Assembly: GCA_044220955.1 (NCBI GenBank)
Contig: JBGAQA010000001.1
Coordinates: 134,992-198,991, forward strand
Direction: 5' to 3'
From: Sandaracinaceae bacterium
GTDB lineage: Bacteria; Myxococcota_A; Polyangia; Polyangiales; Sandaracinaceae
Length of the DNA stretch: 64,000 nucleotides
The notes below the pieces were generated by a model that did no database searches, was not told where the DNA came from, and saw only the letters and a program-made list of their open reading frames with translations. The translations under genes were made by a program, and so were the position numbers. Shown here piece after piece: positions 21,078 to 32,794 of the stretch (its first letter is position 1; each line of letters begins with the position of its first letter).

Positions 21078-22424
21078 TCAGCGGAAGCAGACGACGGCGG
21101 CGTCGGTCGTGTTCCACTCGACGGGGCCGAAGCCGGCGCGGAACCCGCGCATCTGGCAGACCAGGTCCGAGGCGACGTTGCACGCGAAGGCGTCCGGGCT
21201 CACGACGGGGTTGCAGCCCGCCGCAGCGCCCAGGTCTGCCGTCGGGATCGAGACGGCCATCGCCTGGTCGGCGGCGAGACAGTCGACGACCATCGTGCCG
21301 GCCGAGTGCTCGACGGGCCCGACGCCCGCCGCGAAGCCCTGCGCCTGGCACCAGCGATTGGCGTAGCTCGACGCGACGTGCGAGCCGGCCATCGCCTCGG
21401 TGAAGCTCGGGCTGTAGAGGCTCGCGAGGGTCGCGAAGCTGACGGTGCGCTCGGAGGCGTGGTCGCCGAAGCACGCGACGCGCACGACGCTCGCGTCGCC
21501 CGCGAGCAGACCCGCGCCGCCGACGGAGCAGCCCGCCCGGCTCACGCACCAGCGCTTGGCGGCGGTGAGGCAGACGTCGATCGCGCCGCCCGGGCCGGTG
21601 CAGCTCGTCTGGTACGACACGACCTGGGACGTCGGCGCGCTGCCGTAGATGGCGACCTGCAGATCCTCGTCGGTGGACCCGTCGCAGTCGTCGTCGGCGC
21701 CGTTGCACATCTCGACGGGCACCGAGGGCGCGGTGCAGCCGACGTAGGTCGCGCCCGTGCAGGTCTCGGTGCCTGGCGCGCCGCAGGCGTTCGCGCAGGA
21801 GCGCGTGAGGCTCTCGTCGATCATGCCGTCGCAGTCGTCGTCCATCGCGTTGCACGTCTCGGCGCGCGGCGCGGCCGCGGTGCAGCCGACGTACGCGCCC
21901 GCGCGGCACGTCTCGATGCCGGAGCCGCACGCGCTCGAGCACGCGCGGGTGAGGCCGTCGTCGATCATGCCGTCGCAGTCGTCGTCCATCGCGTTGCACG
22001 TCTCGGTGCCGGGCGTCGTCGCGGTGCAGCCCGTCCAGTGGCCGGACACGCACTGCTCGGTGCCGCCACCGCACGCCGACGAGCACATGCGCGCGGCGAT
22101 GGACTCGTCGACCATGCCGTCGCAGTCGTCGTCCGTCGCGTTGCAGTCCTCGACGGGCGGCACGCAGGGCCCGAAGAACCCGCTCGCCTCGCACGACGAG
22201 ATGCCCTGGGTGTCGCACGGCGTCGTGCAGAAGCGCGTGGCGCCCGGCGAGCAGGGGTCGCCCGCGTACGCGTCGACGCCCGGCCCCGCGTCGTCGCGGG
22301 AGAAGGCGTCCATCGCGCCGGACGCGTCGCTCGGACCGGCATCGCCGGTCATCCGCCGCTCGATGCCGCCGCCCGTCGCACATCCGGCGACGACGAGGCA
22401 GGCGACGGGGAACGCCAGGCGCAT
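21078..22424 (-). CDS. Cys-rich lipoprotein with four putative metal-binding (MopE-like) repeats
   Basis: Lipobox VAGC; four E.CN..DDDCDG..D(E/D) repeats. Confidence 0.85.
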   Translation of the reverse strand: MRLAFPVACLVVAGCATGGGIERRMTGDAGPSDASGAMDAFSRDDAGPGVDAYAGDPCSPGATRFCTTPCDTQGISSCEASGFFGPCVPPVEDCNATDDDCDGMVDESIAARMCSSACGGGTEQCVSGHWTGCTATTPGTETCNAMDDDCDGMIDDGLTRACSSACGSGIETCRAGAYVGCTAAAPRAETCNAMDDDCDGMIDESLTRSCANACGAPGTETCTGATYVGCTAPSVPVEMCNGADDDCDGSTDEDLQVAIYGSAPTSQVVSYQTSCTGPGGAIDVCLTAAKRWCVSRAGCSVGGAGLLAGDASVVRVACFGDHASERTVSFATLASLYSPSFTEAMAGSHVASSYANRWCQAQGFAAGVGPVEHSAGTMVVDCLAADQAMAVSIPTADLGAAAGCNPVVSPDAFACNVASDLVCQMRGFRAGFGPVEWNTTDAAVVCFR

Positions 22425-22477
22425 GCCCCAGCGTAACGCGGGACGCGCTGCGCGGGATGGGCCATGATCGCCACTTG

Positions 22478-23338
22478 ATGGAGCGACCGCAGCGCGCGCC
22501 CGCGACCTCGCACGAGCAGCGAGACATCACGGTGCTGGGGATGCGCCTGCGCTACGTCGACGTCGCGCCCGGGCCCGGGACGGAGAGCGGAGCGCCGCCA
22601 CTGCTGCTCGCGCACGGGCACAGCTCGCGCATCGAGGAGTACGAGGCGCTCCTGCCCCACCTGCGCGCCGGGCGCCGCGTGCTCGTGCCCGACCTGCCGG
22701 GCTCGGGGTACAGCGACAAGCCGGACCGCGAGTACTCGCTGCGGCTCTTCGAGGACACGCTGCTCGGCTTCCTCGACGCGCTCGAGGTGCGTGAGGCGCA
22801 CGTCGGCGGCGGCTCGCTCGGCGGCAACCTCGCGCTGCGTCTGGCGCACCGCGAGCCCGATCGCTTCCCCCGGATCGCCGCGTGGGCGCCCGCCGGTGCG
22901 TGGCACCCGAGCCCCGGCTGGCAGCGCTTCGCCCGCACCGCGCGCCACGCGCGCTGGGCGTTCTTCCCCTCGCTCTACATCCAGTCGCGCTTCTGGTACT
23001 CGCCGAAGTGGGAGGGTCGCCATGCCGCGCTCGAGGCGGCGTGGAAGTACTACCGCGAGGTGTACGGGCCCGGCTTCCACCGCATGTACTGGGACATCGG
23101 CCACGACCAGGCGCGCACCAGCCTCTTCCCGCTCGCCCCCGAGATCCGCCAGCCCGTCTGGCTCGGCGTGGGCGATCAGGACCACGGGCTCGACATGTTC
23201 GAGGGCGTCAAGCGCCTGAGCGCGATGCTGCCCGACGTGCGCCTCACCATCTACGAGGGGGCACGGCACTCGCTCGCGAACGAGATCGCCGCGACGCTCG
23301 GCGCGGACGTCGACGGGTTCCTCCGCGGAGAGCGCTGA
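22478..23338 (+). CDS. Alpha/beta fold hydrolase
   Basis: LAHG, DLPGSGYSDKP, nucleophile elbow GGSLGG, GDQD and GARH. Confidence 0.9.
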   Translation: MERPQRAPATSHEQRDITVLGMRLRYVDVAPGPGTESGAPPLLLAHGHSSRIEEYEALLPHLRAGRRVLVPDLPGSGYSDKPDREYSLRLFEDTLLGFLDALEVREAHVGGGSLGGNLALRLAHREPDRFPRIAAWAPAGAWHPSPGWQRFARTARHARWAFFPSLYIQSRFWYSPKWEGRHAALEAAWKYYREVYGPGFHRMYWDIGHDQARTSLFPLAPEIRQPVWLGVGDQDHGLDMFEGVKRLSAMLPDVRLTIYEGARHSLANEIAATLGADVDGFLRGER

Positions 23339-23784
23339 TGGCGAGCGTGCGAACGGCGCTCGCGGCGCTGGTGCTCTCTATCCTCGGTCCGCTCTTCCTC
23401 GGGCTCACGATCCGGAACGAGCTGCGCGCCCGCGCGCTGGAGGACCACGGGGTGATCACGCGCGCCGAGGTCACCGCGATGCAGCCCGATCGCGACACCG
23501 ACGCCGGGATGCGCGTCGTCTATCGGTTCGAGGTCGACGGACGCGCGTACGAAGGCGCCAGCCGCCACCTGCAGCAGGCGGACGTGGACGTCTCGCGCAC
23601 GCTGGGCCGGCTCGAGATCCGCTACCTCCCCGAGGATCCGAGCGTCAGCGCACCCACGCGCGCGGCCACGACGCGCACGCAGATCCTGGCGTTCTTCGTC
23701 TCGGGCGCGATCACGATCGGCGGCGTCGCGCTCGCGCTCGTCCTGGTCGCCACCAAGCGCAAGACCGGGCGCTTCTGGGCGTGA
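23338..23784 (+). CDS. DUF3592-like membrane protein
   Basis: TGATG coupling; TM, then VVYRFEVDGRAYEG...IRYLPEDPS, then TM. Confidence 0.75.
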   Translation: MASVRTALAALVLSILGPLFLGLTIRNELRARALEDHGVITRAEVTAMQPDRDTDAGMRVVYRFEVDGRAYEGASRHLQQADVDVSRTLGRLEIRYLPEDPSVSAPTRAATTRTQILAFFVSGAITIGGVALALVLVATKRKTGRFWA

Positions 23785-23805
23785 GCGGCGCCACGGCCGG
23801 GCCCC

Positions 23806-24798
23806 TCAAGGCCATGCACGCCACCATGCGAGCAGCTCCACGCGATTGCTCGTGCCCGTCCGCTCGTAGAGGCGCTCGAGCATCGTCTTCACCGACGACG
23901 GGGCGTTGCCCATCGCCGATGCGATCGCCGCGTTCGTCAGCCCGCGCGCGAGCAGGCGCAGGAGCTCGCGCTGACGCTCGGTGAGCTCGATCGGTGCTTC
24001 GGCGAACCCCTGGCCGTCGAGCACGGCCAGGAACGCGATCGCGCGCCCCTCCGTGCAGGGCGAGACGTGGATGACCCGCTCGCGCGCGCGCAGGACCGTG
24101 CTTGGTCGCGGCATCGTGGCCACGGCCTGTCGGAGGACGTCCGGCAGATCGCGATCGCGCCGCAGGACCTCGAACGCCGCGCGCGAGGCGTCGACGACCC
24201 GGCCGCGCGCGTCGAGCGCGATGACGGCCTCGTCGCTGGCGTCGAGCATGCGCATCAGCGGCGAGCGCTCCGACGAGGCGGCGACGAGCGCCGCGACACG
24301 CAGCGGCACCACGAGCGCCGCGCCGGTGTCGCGCAGGCGCGTGCGCTCCTCCTCGCCGAACTCCGTGCCCTCCGGGATCGCGACGCCGACGAGCGCGACC
24401 TGCCGCTCGCCGGCGCAGATGGCCACACGGCCCTGCTCCAGGACGCCGAAGCGGCGCGTGAGAGGATAGAGCGTGCTCTTGCGCCAGCTCTCGTGGGTCG
24501 CGATGCCCTCGCGAAACGGCTCGACCCAGCGGTTGCGCTGGGCCTCGGGCACGTCCGTGACGTCGTAGGCCGACGTGCGGACGTACGCGAGATGCGGCAC
24601 CTCGAGCGGCACGAACGCGCCACGCTCGAGGACGCGCATCAGGCCCTGCCGCTCCGAGTGCGGCCCGCGCGCGGTGAAGCCGAGGGCGACGCCGCGACCG
24701 CAGGCCTCGTGCATCGCGCGCACCGCGAGCTCGAGCACGCGCGCCTCGTCGGTGAGGAGGGAGACGGCGCTCGTCAGCTGCGCCAGCGCGTCGGCCAT
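23806..24798 (-). CDS. LuxR-type HTH transcriptional regulator with GAF/PAS-like sensor
   Basis: C-terminal LTERQRELLRLLARGLTNAAIA...VKT...LYERTG.SNRVEL. Confidence 0.85.
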   Translation of the reverse strand: MADALAQLTSAVSLLTDEARVLELAVRAMHEACGRGVALGFTARGPHSERQGLMRVLERGAFVPLEVPHLAYVRTSAYDVTDVPEAQRNRWVEPFREGIATHESWRKSTLYPLTRRFGVLEQGRVAICAGERQVALVGVAIPEGTEFGEEERTRLRDTGAALVVPLRVAALVAASSERSPLMRMLDASDEAVIALDARGRVVDASRAAFEVLRRDRDLPDVLRQAVATMPRPSTVLRARERVIHVSPCTEGRAIAFLAVLDGQGFAEAPIELTERQRELLRLLARGLTNAAIASAMGNAPSSVKTMLERLYERTGTSNRVELLAWWRAWP

Positions 24799-24808
24799 GC
24801 GACCGACT

Positions 24809-25036
24809 CTACGCGCTCGCGAGCCGGTCGCGCAGCGCCTCGAATCCGCCGACGAGCTCGTCACCGAAGAAGACCTGCGGCACCGTCTTGCGACCGGTCC
24901 GCGCCACGAGCGCGTCGCGCGCCGCCTCGCTGGACGCGTCGCGCTCCTCGTACGCGATTCCCTTCGTGCGCAGCAGCCACTTCGCGCGGATGCACCAGAT
25001 GCAGAACGAGCGCGTGTAGATCGTCACGTTGTCCAT
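24809..25036 (-). CDS. grxC: Glutaredoxin 3-like protein
   Basis: VTIYT..CIWC.RAK.LL, TGRKTVPQVF and VGGF. Confidence 0.85.
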   Translation of the reverse strand: MDNVTIYTRSFCIWCIRAKWLLRTKGIAYEERDASSEAARDALVARTGRKTVPQVFFGDELVGGFEALRDRLASA

Positions 25037-25104
25037 GCGCCCACGATGGCGGCGCGCGCAGGATCGGGCGATCCGCCGATCGGCGGACACGCGCGCCCGT
25101 CGAG

Positions 25105-25593
25105 TCAAGGGAAGGCGAGGCAGCCGCCGGTGCAGCCCGGCTCGCCAGGGCTGCAGGTCGGCATGCACTGGTTCGTGCAGCCGGGGATCCCGCACGGGTA
25201 GCAGCAGCTGAGGCCCGAGCCGCAGTCGCTGGTCGCGGCGCAGGGGTCGCCGGACGTGCCCGTGCCGCGCGGCGCCCAGCAGCCGCCCTCGCAGACGTAG
25301 CTGCCCATCTCCGTGCCATCCCCGCAGGGGCAGCACCCGCAAGGCGCATCGCAAGCGGCTCCGCAGATCGGCGGCGCGCCGCAGCCGATCGTCGAGCAGT
25401 CGATGCCGGCGTCCACGTCGGAGGCCGCGTCGAGGCCCGGCGTCGCGTCCGCGCCCGCGTCCGGCCGGACGTCGGCGTCGTTGCCTCCGCCGCCCGCGTC
25501 GGCGCCCCCGTCGGCGGGCGTCGTGGAGGCGCGGCAGCCGATCGCGAGGACGAGAGAGGTGGCGACGCACAGCACGACGGCATTTCGCGGCAT
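25105..25593 (-). CDS. Small Cys-rich lipoprotein
   Basis: Lipobox AIGC, DAG linker, and CCPC / CCYPCGIPGC motifs. Confidence 0.72.
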   Translation of the reverse strand: MPRNAVVLCVATSLVLAIGCRASTTPADGGADAGGGGNDADVRPDAGADATPGLDAASDVDAGIDCSTIGCGAPPICGAACDAPCGCCPCGDGTEMGSYVCEGGCWAPRGTGTSGDPCAATSDCGSGLSCCYPCGIPGCTNQCMPTCSPGEPGCTGGCLAFP

Positions 25594-25658
25594 GCCGCGG
25601 TGCAAGCACGGAGCGGGCCCGCGCGAACGTGCCGTCCCGTGCCACGGGCGAGCCGCGG

Positions 25659-27197
25659 TCAGGCGCCCACGCTCGACTCCGGCTCGTCGGACGGCCCCTC
25701 GCGGCGCAGGGTGATCGTGACCTCGGCGCCGCCGAGGGCGGACGAGTCCCCGAGGGCGAGGGTGCCACCGTGATCGGAGACGATGCGGTCGACGATCGCG
25801 AGGCCGAGCCCGGTGCCGTGCGACTTGGTCGTGTAGTACGGCTCGAGCACCGCGGCGCGCGCGTCGGCCGGGATGCCGGGGCCGTTGTCGGCGACGACGA
25901 TGCGCACGCCGTCGTTCTCGGCGCGCTCGAGCCGGACGATCACGCGACCGCCCGTGTCGCCCTGCTTCTCGCGCGCGGCGTCGCACGCGTTCTGCACGAG
26001 GTTCACGAGCACCTGCGTGAGCTGCTCGCGGTCGGCGCGCACGCTCGAGAGCTTCGGCTCGGCCGCGACGAGCTCCACGCGCACGCCCTTGGCCGCCTCG
26101 GGCAGCGTCGCCGCGGCCGCCGGCAGGTCGTGCATGGAGACGACACGCAGGACCACGTCGGTGACGTCGAGCGACTCGGCCTTCGGCCGCGGCATGCGGG
26201 CGAAGCGCGAGAACTCCGTCACGATGTGCTCGAGGCGCGCCGTCTCTTCGAGCACGGTCTTGGTGGACTCCTCGAAGATCTCGTCGAAGTCGGGGTGCCT
26301 GCGCGCGTGCGTCTTGCGCAGCGTCTCCATCGCCATCTTGATCGGCGTGAGCGGGTTCTTGATCTCGTGAGCGATCCGCCGTGCGATGTCGCGCCAGGCT
26401 GCGATGCGCTCGGCGCGCGCGAGCCGCGTCCGCGCGTCCTTGAGCTCGCGCGTCATGCGGTTGAAGGCCGACGCCGTGGGGCTCGACCCGTCGAGGGTCA
26501 CGTCGAGATCGCCCTCGCCCACCCGGCGCGCGGCGGCCTCGAGCTTCGCATCGGCGCGTGGACCTCCGCCGCCCGCCGCGAAGAAGCCGACGAGCGCGGC
26601 CAGCAGGCCTGCGAGGCCCGCGAAGAGGAGCGTCTGTCGGCGGGGCTCGGGCGAAACACGCTCGACCGGAGCCCAGGTGACGATCTCCGGCCCGGTCGCC
26701 CCACGGCGCACCGCCTGGCGCCGCGCGTCGTCGGGGATCGGCGTCGCGTCCTCGTTGCCGACGAGCGCCACGTGTCCGATGGGCGCGACCTCCTCTTCGA
26801 ACGACCCGAACGCCCACCGGCGCTGGACGATCCGGCCGTCCGCACACGCATGTGTGATGGTGACGCACGGCCCCTCGATCATGTGCACCACGCACGAGGT
26901 CGAGACGAGCTCGTCGTAGGGACCCTCGGCGCCCGCGCTCTCCGCGCGCCACTCGGCATACTCGGGATAGGGGAAGGGCTGCGCCTGCGCGTCCGCGCAG
27001 GCCGAGCCGAGACGCCGCGTCGTCTCCGACACGACGCGGCCGAGCAGCGTATCGAGCCGGGTCGCTCGTTCGTCGACCGCCGAGTCCGCGCGCTCGACGG
27101 CCGCGGCGCGCTCTGCATCCACATGGAGTCGCGCCGGGACGGCGACGGCGCCTGCCGCGACGAGTGCCGAGCAGAGCGCGAAGAGGGCGCGCCTCAT
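25659..27197 (-). CDS. Sensor histidine kinase (HAMP-HisKA-HATPase, NtrY-like)
   Basis: AWRDIARRIAHEIKNPLTPI, QVLVNLVQNA, DNGPGI and TTKSHGTGLGL. Confidence 0.93.
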   Translation of the reverse strand: MRRALFALCSALVAAGAVAVPARLHVDAERAAAVERADSAVDERATRLDTLLGRVVSETTRRLGSACADAQAQPFPYPEYAEWRAESAGAEGPYDELVSTSCVVHMIEGPCVTITHACADGRIVQRRWAFGSFEEEVAPIGHVALVGNEDATPIPDDARRQAVRRGATGPEIVTWAPVERVSPEPRRQTLLFAGLAGLLAALVGFFAAGGGGPRADAKLEAAARRVGEGDLDVTLDGSSPTASAFNRMTRELKDARTRLARAERIAAWRDIARRIAHEIKNPLTPIKMAMETLRKTHARRHPDFDEIFEESTKTVLEETARLEHIVTEFSRFARMPRPKAESLDVTDVVLRVVSMHDLPAAAATLPEAAKGVRVELVAAEPKLSSVRADREQLTQVLVNLVQNACDAAREKQGDTGGRVIVRLERAENDGVRIVVADNGPGIPADARAAVLEPYYTTKSHGTGLGLAIVDRIVSDHGGTLALGDSSALGGAEVTITLRREGPSDEPESSVGA

Positions 27198-27236
27198 CGT
27201 ATTGACCAGCTGACCAGGCAGGCGCACGCTGCCCCC

Positions 27237-27485
27237 ATGACGAAGGCACGGCGCGTCGGTGTGCTCGAAGCGAAGACGCACCTCTCCCGGCTGCTCCGTG
27301 ACGTGGAGAACGGCGCCGACGTCATCCTCCTGCGCGCGGGCAAGCCTGTCGCTCGCATCACGCGGCTCGAGCGCGCACGCAAGCCCAAGAGCTCGTACGG
27401 GATGTTCCGGGGGAAGATCGAGATGAGAGACGACTTCGACGCCGAGAGCGACGAGCTCGCCGACCTCTTCGGCATCCCGCGATGA
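27237..27485 (+). CDS. Phd/YefM family antitoxin
   Basis: EAKTHLSRLL..VE.G..V...RAGKPVARI; overlaps the PIN gene (ATGA). Confidence 0.9.
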   Translation: MTKARRVGVLEAKTHLSRLLRDVENGADVILLRAGKPVARITRLERARKPKSSYGMFRGKIEMRDDFDAESDELADLFGIPR

Positions 27486-27853
27486 GGCTGCTGCTCGACA
27501 CCCACGCGGTGCTCTGGTGGCTCGCCGGCAGCGCACGGCTGGGGACGCGCGCACGGACCGCCATCGAGCGAGCGGGCCCCGGCGCGCTCGTGAGCGCGGC
27601 CAGCGTGTGGGAGGCGGCGATCAAACGAGCTGCCGGGAAGCTCGAGTCGCCCGATCTGGCCGACGCCGCTGCGGCCGCCGGGCTCACGTTCATCCCCATC
27701 GACGAGCACCACGCGAAGCTCGCCGGCGCGCTCCCGCCGATCCATCGGGATCCCTTCGACCGCATGCTCGTCGCGCAGGCGATGGTCGAGGACCTCACGC
27801 TCGTGACGGCCGATCCGCACATCCCGAAGTACGACGTGCGCGTTCTCTGGTGA
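27482..27853 (+). CDS. vapC: VapC / PIN-domain toxin
   Basis: LLLDTH..LW, SAASVWE..IK, HRDPFDRMLVAQA and LVTAD. Confidence 0.92.
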   Translation: MRLLLDTHAVLWWLAGSARLGTRARTAIERAGPGALVSAASVWEAAIKRAAGKLESPDLADAAAAAGLTFIPIDEHHAKLAGALPPIHRDPFDRMLVAQAMVEDLTLVTADPHIPKYDVRVLW

Positions 27854-27858
27854 GCGCA

Positions 27859-30313
27859 TCACGGGGTCGTCCCCGCGTCCTGGCCCGCCTCTTCGGCCTC
27901 TTCTTCCTCGAACTGCTGCATCAGGAACGCGCTCGGATCGAGCACGCCGGCCTCGCGGGCCGTCTCGGTCGGCTGCGTGCCCTCGACGAAGACCTCGTCC
28001 ATGGCGTCGGCCTGGCCCTCGTACGCGAGCAGGCCACTGGCCGGATCGATGCTCGCGTGCACGACGCCCGGCGGCTCGGGGAACGCGACGGCCGGGCGGC
28101 CTTCCGTCGCGTGGCGCACCACGTCGATCCAGATCGGCAGCGCAGATCTCGCGCCGCTCTCGCGCCGTCCGAGCGCTCGCATGTCGTCGAAGCCGACCCA
28201 CACGACCGCCACGGTGTCCGGCGTGTAGCCGGCGAACCACGCGTCGCGCGCCGAGTTGCTGGTGCCCGTCTTGCCGGCGATCGGGCGGTGGAGCGTCTGC
28301 GCGGCGACGGCGGTGCCGCTCGTGACGACGCTCGTGAGCATGCTCGTGAGCACGTAGGCCTCGGCCGCCGTCATCGGCTCGCGCGGCGCCTCCGCCTCGG
28401 GCAGCGCGATCGGATCGCCCGCCGCGTCCTCGATCGCGGTGATGATGCGGTAGGGCGCCCATTGCCCGCCTGCCGCGAACGTCGCGTACGCGTTGCAGAG
28501 CTCGATGGGGCGCACCTCGCTCGCCCCGAGCGCGAGCGCGAGCGAGGGATCGAGCGCGCTCGTGATGCCGAGCTGCTCTGCGAAGGGGACCACCGCCTCC
28601 GGCGTGACGTCCTCGATCACCCGCACCGCGACCTGGTTCACGCGAGTTCGCGAGCGCGTCGCGAAGCCGCATCTGCCCGTGGTACTCCCACGTCTCGAAG
28701 TTGTGCGGCTGCCACTGGTCGTAGACGCCGGGCGCGTCGACGACGATCGAGGCGGGCGTGTACCGACGTGCGTGGATCGCGTAGCCGTAGACGATCGGCT
28801 TGAACGTGGAGCCCGGCTGGCGCAGCGCGCGCGTCGCGCGATCGAAGCCGGCGCCTGCCTCGTAGGCGCCGATGAGCGCGCGCACCTCGCGCGTGCGCGG
28901 ATCGATCACGACGGCGGCCCCCTCCGGCCCGAGCTCGAGGCGCGCCCGCGCGTGGGCGCCCTCCTCTCCCTCGTCGGGGATCGAGAGGATCGAGACGCGC
29001 AGGCGCGCCCCGTCGTCGACGAACGTGGTGGGCGTGGACTCGGCCGCCGTGTAGCGCCCGAGCTCGCCCATCGAAGCGACGGCCGTGTGACCGCCGACGT
29101 CGAGCGTGATCGTGCGGGCCTCGTCGTCGCGACCGGTCACGGACGCGTCGTACGTCGCGCCGACGTGCAGCGTCTCCACGTGCGGCAGGGGCGGCAGCGT
29201 CCGCTGCCCGCGCGCGGGACGCGAGCGTCGGAAGGGCGGCGCGATGGACTGCCTCTCGTCGTACGCGCGCAGGCCGTCCTGCAGCGCCGTGCGCGCCGCG
29301 GTCTGGAGGTCGGCGTCGATGGACGTGTGTACGACGTAGCCGCCCTGGTGCGCCGCCGTCTCGCCCACGAGCTCGCCGAGCGTGTGCCGCGCGATCTCGA
29401 CCACCTCCGGCGCCGCCTCGCGCGTCTCCGGCAGCGGCGCGAGCTCGACGTGCGCCTCGCGCGCCGCCTCGATGTCCTCGAGGCTGAGATCGGGCCAGTA
29501 CTCGTCGCGCTTCTGCTCGAGCTGATCGAGCACGAAGCGCTGCCGCCGCCGCGCCGCCTCCGGGTGCGTCCGCGGCGAGAGGTGCGTGGGGGACTGCGGG
29601 ATGCCGGCCATCAGCGAGGCCTGCGCGAGGGTCAGCTCGCTGACGTCGCAGCCGAAGTAGTAGCGCGCCGCCTCCTGCACTCCGTAGCGGCCGTGCCCGA
29701 AGTTGATGTGGTTGAGGTAGAGCCCGAGGATCTCGTCCTTGGTGAACTCCTGCTCGAGCTGCCGCGCGAGGATGAGCTCGCGGACCTTGCGGCCGAAGGA
29801 GCGTTCCGGCGTGAGCAGGAGGTTCTTCACCACCTGCTGCGTGATCGTGCTCGTCCCCCGGAAGTCGCCGCCGCTGAGCACGCCCATCACGACGGCGCGC
29901 AGCAGCCCCGGGTAGTCGAGCCCCTCGTGGCGGTAGAAGTCGGCGTCCTCCGCGGCGAGCACGGAGAGCACGAGGACGCGCGGGATGCGGTCGAGCGGCA
30001 CCACCGTGCGGCGCTCGGTGAAGATCTCGCCGAGCACCTCGCCGTCGCGATCGAGCACGCGCGTGATCTGGGGCTCGTGCAGCGAGCGCAGCGAGCGAAC
30101 GTCGGGGAGGTCTTGCCCGTAGTACGCGACGAGACCGAAGGCGCCGCCGGCGGCGAGCAGGGCCAGGACCGCGAGCGCGACGAGCGCGCGCACCACCCAC
30201 CGCCCCCAGCCGGGCCCCTTGCGCGTCGAGCGCCCGCCGCGCGGGCGGCGGACGTCCCCGATCGACGAGCGCGTCGAGAGGCTCGTTCTGCCGCTCTTTT
30301 CGCGCGACGCCAT
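27859..30313 (-). pseudogene. Class A penicillin-binding protein (PBP1A), split by a +1 frameshift near 28642 (pseudogene or sequencing error)
   Basis: The first frame carries the transglycosylase motifs AEDADF, STITQQ and RKVRE plus PGSTFK. KTGT lies in another frame (27859..28641). The break is at AAC TCG C GTG AAC, inside the SxN motif. Confidence 0.88.
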
Positions 30314-30379
30314 GGTCCGGGCCGAAGCTACAACGTGCGGAGGGGCGAGGCACCTTCCCCGCGGCGCGCGGAAATCGCT

Positions 30380-31036
30380 ATGGTTCGCGCGGTGAGCTAC
30401 CGGGACGACGGCGATGCGCTGCGGAGCCGCGTGGACGCGCTCGAGGAGCAGCTCGCGCGCTCCGAGCGAGAGGCCGCGCAGCTTCGGGTCGATCGCGATC
30501 GCGCGCTCGCCGCGGCGGCGAGCCCGCCCCCCTCACCGGGCGCGGCGCGGTACGGACCCGCCACGAAGGTCTTCGTCCTCTGGGGCGGGAAGTGGTGGCC
30601 CGCGACGGTGCTCCACGAGACCGGCGCCGGCCTCTACCGCATCCACTACGACGGCTGGTCGTCGAAGTGGGACGAGACCGTCGGGGCCGATCGGATCGCG
30701 CCGGCAGATCGGCCGCCCCCGGGCCCGCGCGCGGGGGGCGGGCCGACGCTCGCGGTCCTCATCGCCCTGCTCCTGGTCCTGGCGCTCCTCGCGATCGGGG
30801 TCTGGCTCGCGGCCGCGAGCCGCGCGCCTCGGTCCGTTCCCGCGTCGCCCCCCGGAGCGGCGGTCGCGTCGGCCGGCAGCCTGGCGCCGGGCGACGCCGT
30901 CTGGATCGACTGGAACGGGATCTGGTACGAGGGCGTCGTCGTGTCGGTGTCCGATCCCACGATCCGGGTGCACTACGCCGCGTACGCCGACGCATACGAC
31001 GAGGACGTGCCCCTCGAGAGGGTGCGCGCGCGATGA
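30380..31036 (+). CDS. Membrane protein: coiled coil, Tudor-knot/Agenet-like barrel, TM helix, second Tudor-like barrel
   Basis: VFVLWGGKWWPATV...YRIHYDGWSSKWDETV and VWIDWNGIWYEGVV...RVHYAAYADAYDEDV flank a hydrophobic helix. Confidence 0.75.
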   Translation: MVRAVSYRDDGDALRSRVDALEEQLARSEREAAQLRVDRDRALAAAASPPPSPGAARYGPATKVFVLWGGKWWPATVLHETGAGLYRIHYDGWSSKWDETVGADRIAPADRPPPGPRAGGGPTLAVLIALLLVLALLAIGVWLAAASRAPRSVPASPPGAAVASAGSLAPGDAVWIDWNGIWYEGVVVSVSDPTIRVHYAAYADAYDEDVPLERVRAR

Positions 31037-31311
31037 CGCTCGCCCCGGCGCACGGCGCGCGCTTCGAGCTCGCGCGCGAGACCACGTCCTCGGCGGGCGC
31101 CGTCTACCGCGTGTCGGTGCTCGACGCGCAGGCGCGCCACGAGGCGAGGGTCTCGCTCGAGGCGGCATCGCTCGAGATGCGCTGGGTGAGCGAGCCGCCG
31201 CCCTGGATCGCCGAGACGGTCCATGGGTTCGTGAAGATCCTGCAGAAGAACCACGCGCACGACGGGTCGTGGCCGGCGCGGCTCGTGCGCTGGCGTAGCG
31301 AGCGGACGTAG
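31033..31311 (+). CDS. Hypothetical protein (92 aa)
   Basis: ATGA coupling to the upstream gene, globular composition, ends WPARLVRWR. Confidence 0.6.
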   Translation: MTLAPAHGARFELARETTSSAGAVYRVSVLDAQARHEARVSLEAASLEMRWVSEPPPWIAETVHGFVKILQKNHAHDGSWPARLVRWRSERT

Positions 31312-31315
31312 CGAG

Positions 31316-32773
<1,458 letters not shown>

Positions 32774-32794
32774 GGCGCGGGCGAACCTATCCGC

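Noticed and set aside
21660..22150. Tandem ~125-bp DNA repeats
   Set aside because: They are explained by MopE-like protein repeats common in myxobacteria.
28630..28660. Programmed ribosomal frameshift in PBP1A
   Set aside because: No slippery heptamer or homopolymer at the break, and no known precedent I can support.
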